A stretch of 62,715 nucleotides of DNA, counting the filler, from Globobulimina sp. (taxonomy: Eukaryota), in NCBI GenBank assembly GCA_003354225.1. It is 47 parts of 47 records of this genome, joined end to end, with 100 filler letters (N's around TTAATTAATTAA, not from the genome) between each part and the next. Parts side by side here need not be neighbours in the genome. Positions count along the whole stretch, not along the records: positions 60,146 to 61,380 come from PIVH01020405.1; positions 61,481 to 62,715 come from PIVH01020406.1; 45 more parts are not named here. The stretch is one strand, 5' to 3'. Below, in pieces: positions 60,046 to 62,715 of the stretch. A program made the position numbers and the translations under genes. The notes beneath the pieces were generated by a model. That model was not told the origin of the DNA. It worked only from the letters and a program-made list of their open reading frames with translations, and did no database searches. The number at the start of each line of letters is the position of its first letter. The stretch's first letter is position 1.

Positions 60046-60145
60046 NNNNNNNNNNNNNNNNNNNNNNNNNNNNNNNNNNNNNNNNNNNNTTAATTAATTA
60101 ANNNNNNNNNNNNNNNNNNNNNNNNNNNNNNNNNNNNNNNNNNNN

Positions 60146-61232
60146 TGGAAATATTGAATTTGATGGCGAGTTCCTAAATCGATTGCGATGATAAAATTTA
60201 AGACCAAATGGACCGGCAGATGGTCCCAACGGTTGTTCGCATAATTTGTAAAAACTCGCATTATATTCTGGAGTCATGGAAAGGAAAAGCGTTTCTGAGA
60301 TCTCTTCGAATGATAGGTCCAGTTCCAGAGGATGTGAAATAAGGAAAACCAAAATGAGTTACATTATCAATAAAAATATTTTTAGAATTAATAATATTTA
60401 ATTCTGAGTCAAATTCATCGAAAAGTGGCTGTCCAGGATCACCAAAACCATTTGCGTCCATATCACCAAACCAGATATCATTTGTATTGATGTCCCAATC
60501 CATTCCAAGTACATTTCGAACACCATTTGCAACGCAAAATGAATTCGTATCATTCCATTGTAATGGAAATAACGACATATCATAATTTCGGATTTCATTC
60601 ATATCATAACACCGTATACTTCCATATGGCGGTGGCATTAAACAGCGATCACAATCTGTTCCAAACGGTATACACAAATAATGATAATTTGGTGAGAATG
60701 TACTTGCGTGCCGTAAATGGTTAGTCAGTGATGGTTCAAATTTCATCCATAATCTACAATTTAAATCTATATAAGACTGATTTATTACATTTATAATGTA
60801 TGAATGCAGATTAAAACATTCATAAACACTGTTTTTTGAAAATATTAATGTATAATTTGTGATGTGATCAACTAAAATGGTGTTTATTTCCGTCCCGTCT
60901 CTATATTGGCTGTTATTCGGATATAGAAAGGGTAGAATATGATCATTTTCAGCATCATTGTTGGTATCTACTAAAGCATAAATTGGATATAATGTTTCAA
61001 ATCGACCACTTCCAACATAGACAATGGATAAAGTCTCATTATATCGGAAATAATCCATATGTCGCGGCTCTTGCATAATTGACCTGTTATACGCAAACAC
61101 AGATATTGAAAATCCGGGCGGTAATTCCAATTTACTAATGTTAGATCGTAGTGTCTCTGGTAATTCTTCATTTTTAGCACAAACATTGATCAAACTATAA
61201 ATTGATAGAGTATTAAACACAACCTTCAACAT
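60146..61232 (-). pseudogene. Secreted PQQ-dependent sugar (glucose/sorbosone) dehydrogenase-like protein with a 1-nt frameshift at ~60272
   Basis: LELPPGFSISVFA, PRHM, ANGVRNVLGMDW, ELN, HFGFPY. Removing base 60272 continues as DPEYN...PLGPSAGPFGLKFY...FP. Confidence 0.7.
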
Positions 61233-61744
61233 TGCGTACTTATACTTTAATGACTGCGAGGAAACATTGCTAAAATCACAGTTGATTGTCTAGGTTCTGA
61301 TATTTATATCGAGTTTAATTTTGCTTTGATATTTTCATAAAACTGATTTAATTCTTTTTGATTTGATTCTTGTTGTTTTTNNNNNNNNNNNNNNNNNNNN
61401 NNNNNNNNNNNNNNNNNNNNNNNNTTAATTAATTAANNNNNNNNNNNNNNNNNNNNNNNNNNNNNNNNNNNNNNNNNNNNCTTAAAGAATAATATTCTAT
61501 CTGCAGCTAACTCCACTTCCATCCCATTCCCATCAAATATCTATAAATTGCAGGCAAATCAATCCCATTTATGGTATTCATCCATTACATATTCCACATG
61601 TCATTTTATTATACATGTCATCAAATTTATAATGCATATTACATAATTAATACAGTATATCGATGGATTATATTTACATGCAAAGTCAAACAATGTAATA
61701 TAGGATGTGTGTAAGTTTTTTTTTTTCACTTTAGTAGTGACTGA

Positions 61745-62224
61745 ATGGCAGCAAAAGAAATAAGTCAGGCAACAAAAATAAAAGAGAAAGAAAAGAAATA
61801 TGATATGGAGGATGAAGAGAAAAAAGAAATTAAGAAAGAAAAACCCAAATCTTATGAAAAATGCCCATCCATTCAATTAATTGTCCGCGATAATAAAGTC
61901 TGGAAAATGTATAATGAAGATACAAAAACAGGAAAATTGCGCAACATTTCAGATACCAAAGCATGCACTGATGCTGACATTGTATTTTGTGACAATGGCA
62001 AATATTTTGCAGTCTTATTAGATAAAGGTGTTGAAATTTATAAATCATCAAAATGTCGATTTATTACATTTTTCCCACACGATCGAGTAAGAAACGTTTA
62101 TTTTTCTCCGCTAAACAAATATATAATTTCTTACCACCATCCACGCCAAGTAGATAAAAATGGAAATTGTTTTGTTTGGAAGTTCCATAAAAATGAATGC
62201 AAATTAATTCACCAATTTTACTAA
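61745..62224 (+). CDS. eIF2A-like WD40 N-terminal fragment, ends prematurely (possible pseudogene)
   Basis: F..NGKYFA....GVEIY...VYFSPLNKYIISY.....N.FVW; stops after 159 aa with no visible continuation. Confidence 0.5.
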   Translation: MAAKEISQATKIKEKEKKYDMEDEEKKEIKKEKPKSYEKCPSIQLIVRDNKVWKMYNEDTKTGKLRNISDTKACTDADIVFCDNGKYFAVLLDKGVEIYKSSKCRFITFFPHDRVRNVYFSPLNKYIISYHHPRQVDKNGNCFVWKFHKNECKLIHQFY

Positions 62225-62715
62225 CATTTAATATGCTTTCATTGCTTTGTTATCGGTTTTTTTTTCAATACCGTACATTTTACAAGTAAACAAAGTGAAA
62301 GCATCGATCAAATTATTACATATTTTTTGCGCCTTGTTCATTTGCATGGTGCGCGTTGTTCTTTCTACCACTGTATATATATGGCACTATCCATAAATAA
62401 ACTACCTAATCTGTGTAATTTTGTGTATACCATAATTTCAAATAACATACAAAAACATCACGCAAAATGCCGCAACCTATAATGTAGTGCAGTATACATA
62501 CAAAGAGTTTAACTTATTATTATTATGACATTAACGTGCATTTGAAATGATATAAATACGGATTTCTTATACCAATGCTTAACTTATGGGATATATAGAT
62601 TTTGCCATTCAGTAATGTACCAGCTTACTAAAACTCAGTGAAAATTAAAAATAATGGTTATCATCTAGACACCGCTTTCACTTTGCTATCAACATATGCA
62701 AAGTTTTAGAGATCG

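Noticed and set aside
1238-61480. Regularly spaced TTAATTAATTAA units as a CRISPR-like or biological repeat
   Set aside because: Always embedded in exactly 44+44 Ns between length-sorted contigs; it is a synthetic six-frame stop linker.

Overview
This window is not a contiguous locus. It is 47 unrelated short contigs (1237 down to 1235 bp, sorted by length), joined by an artificial 100-nt linker (N44-TTAATTAATTAA-N44, with stops in all six frames). Gene neighbourhoods are only meaningful within a contig. Most contigs are AT-rich eukaryotic DNA with short (about 50-70 nt) spliceosomal introns. The gene repertoire looks like a foraminiferan/rhizarian protist (inference): TxxP-repeat surface proteins, TM-RGS, SAM, MATH, RCC1, an ART-like family, ORC2, TTLL1, Raptor-like, CLN3, DHHC, ArfGAP, and an LYRM7-like gene missed by the ORF track. 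Many genes carry frameshifts, nonsense codons or deletions. Foreign or mobile pieces are mixed in: (i) a Polinton/Maverick-type protein-primed DNA polymerase B fragment broken by about 8 tiny spliceosomal introns (41443-42635), largely invisible to the ORF track and the best candidate for something unusual; (ii) an intronless Polinton/adintovirus-like capsid module (penton, basic core protein, major capsid N-terminus; 26741-27977); (iii) a compact virus-like three-gene block with a deoxynucleoside kinase; (iv) a DIRS-like tyrosine recombinase; (v) a bacterial TonB-dependent receptor, plus a bacterial rpoC fragment fused to a eukaryotic gene (probable chimera); (vi) a MITE-like hairpin repeat found in three contigs. 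No rRNA, tRNA or CRISPR array was seen. All family assignments come from motif recognition by eye, not database searches.
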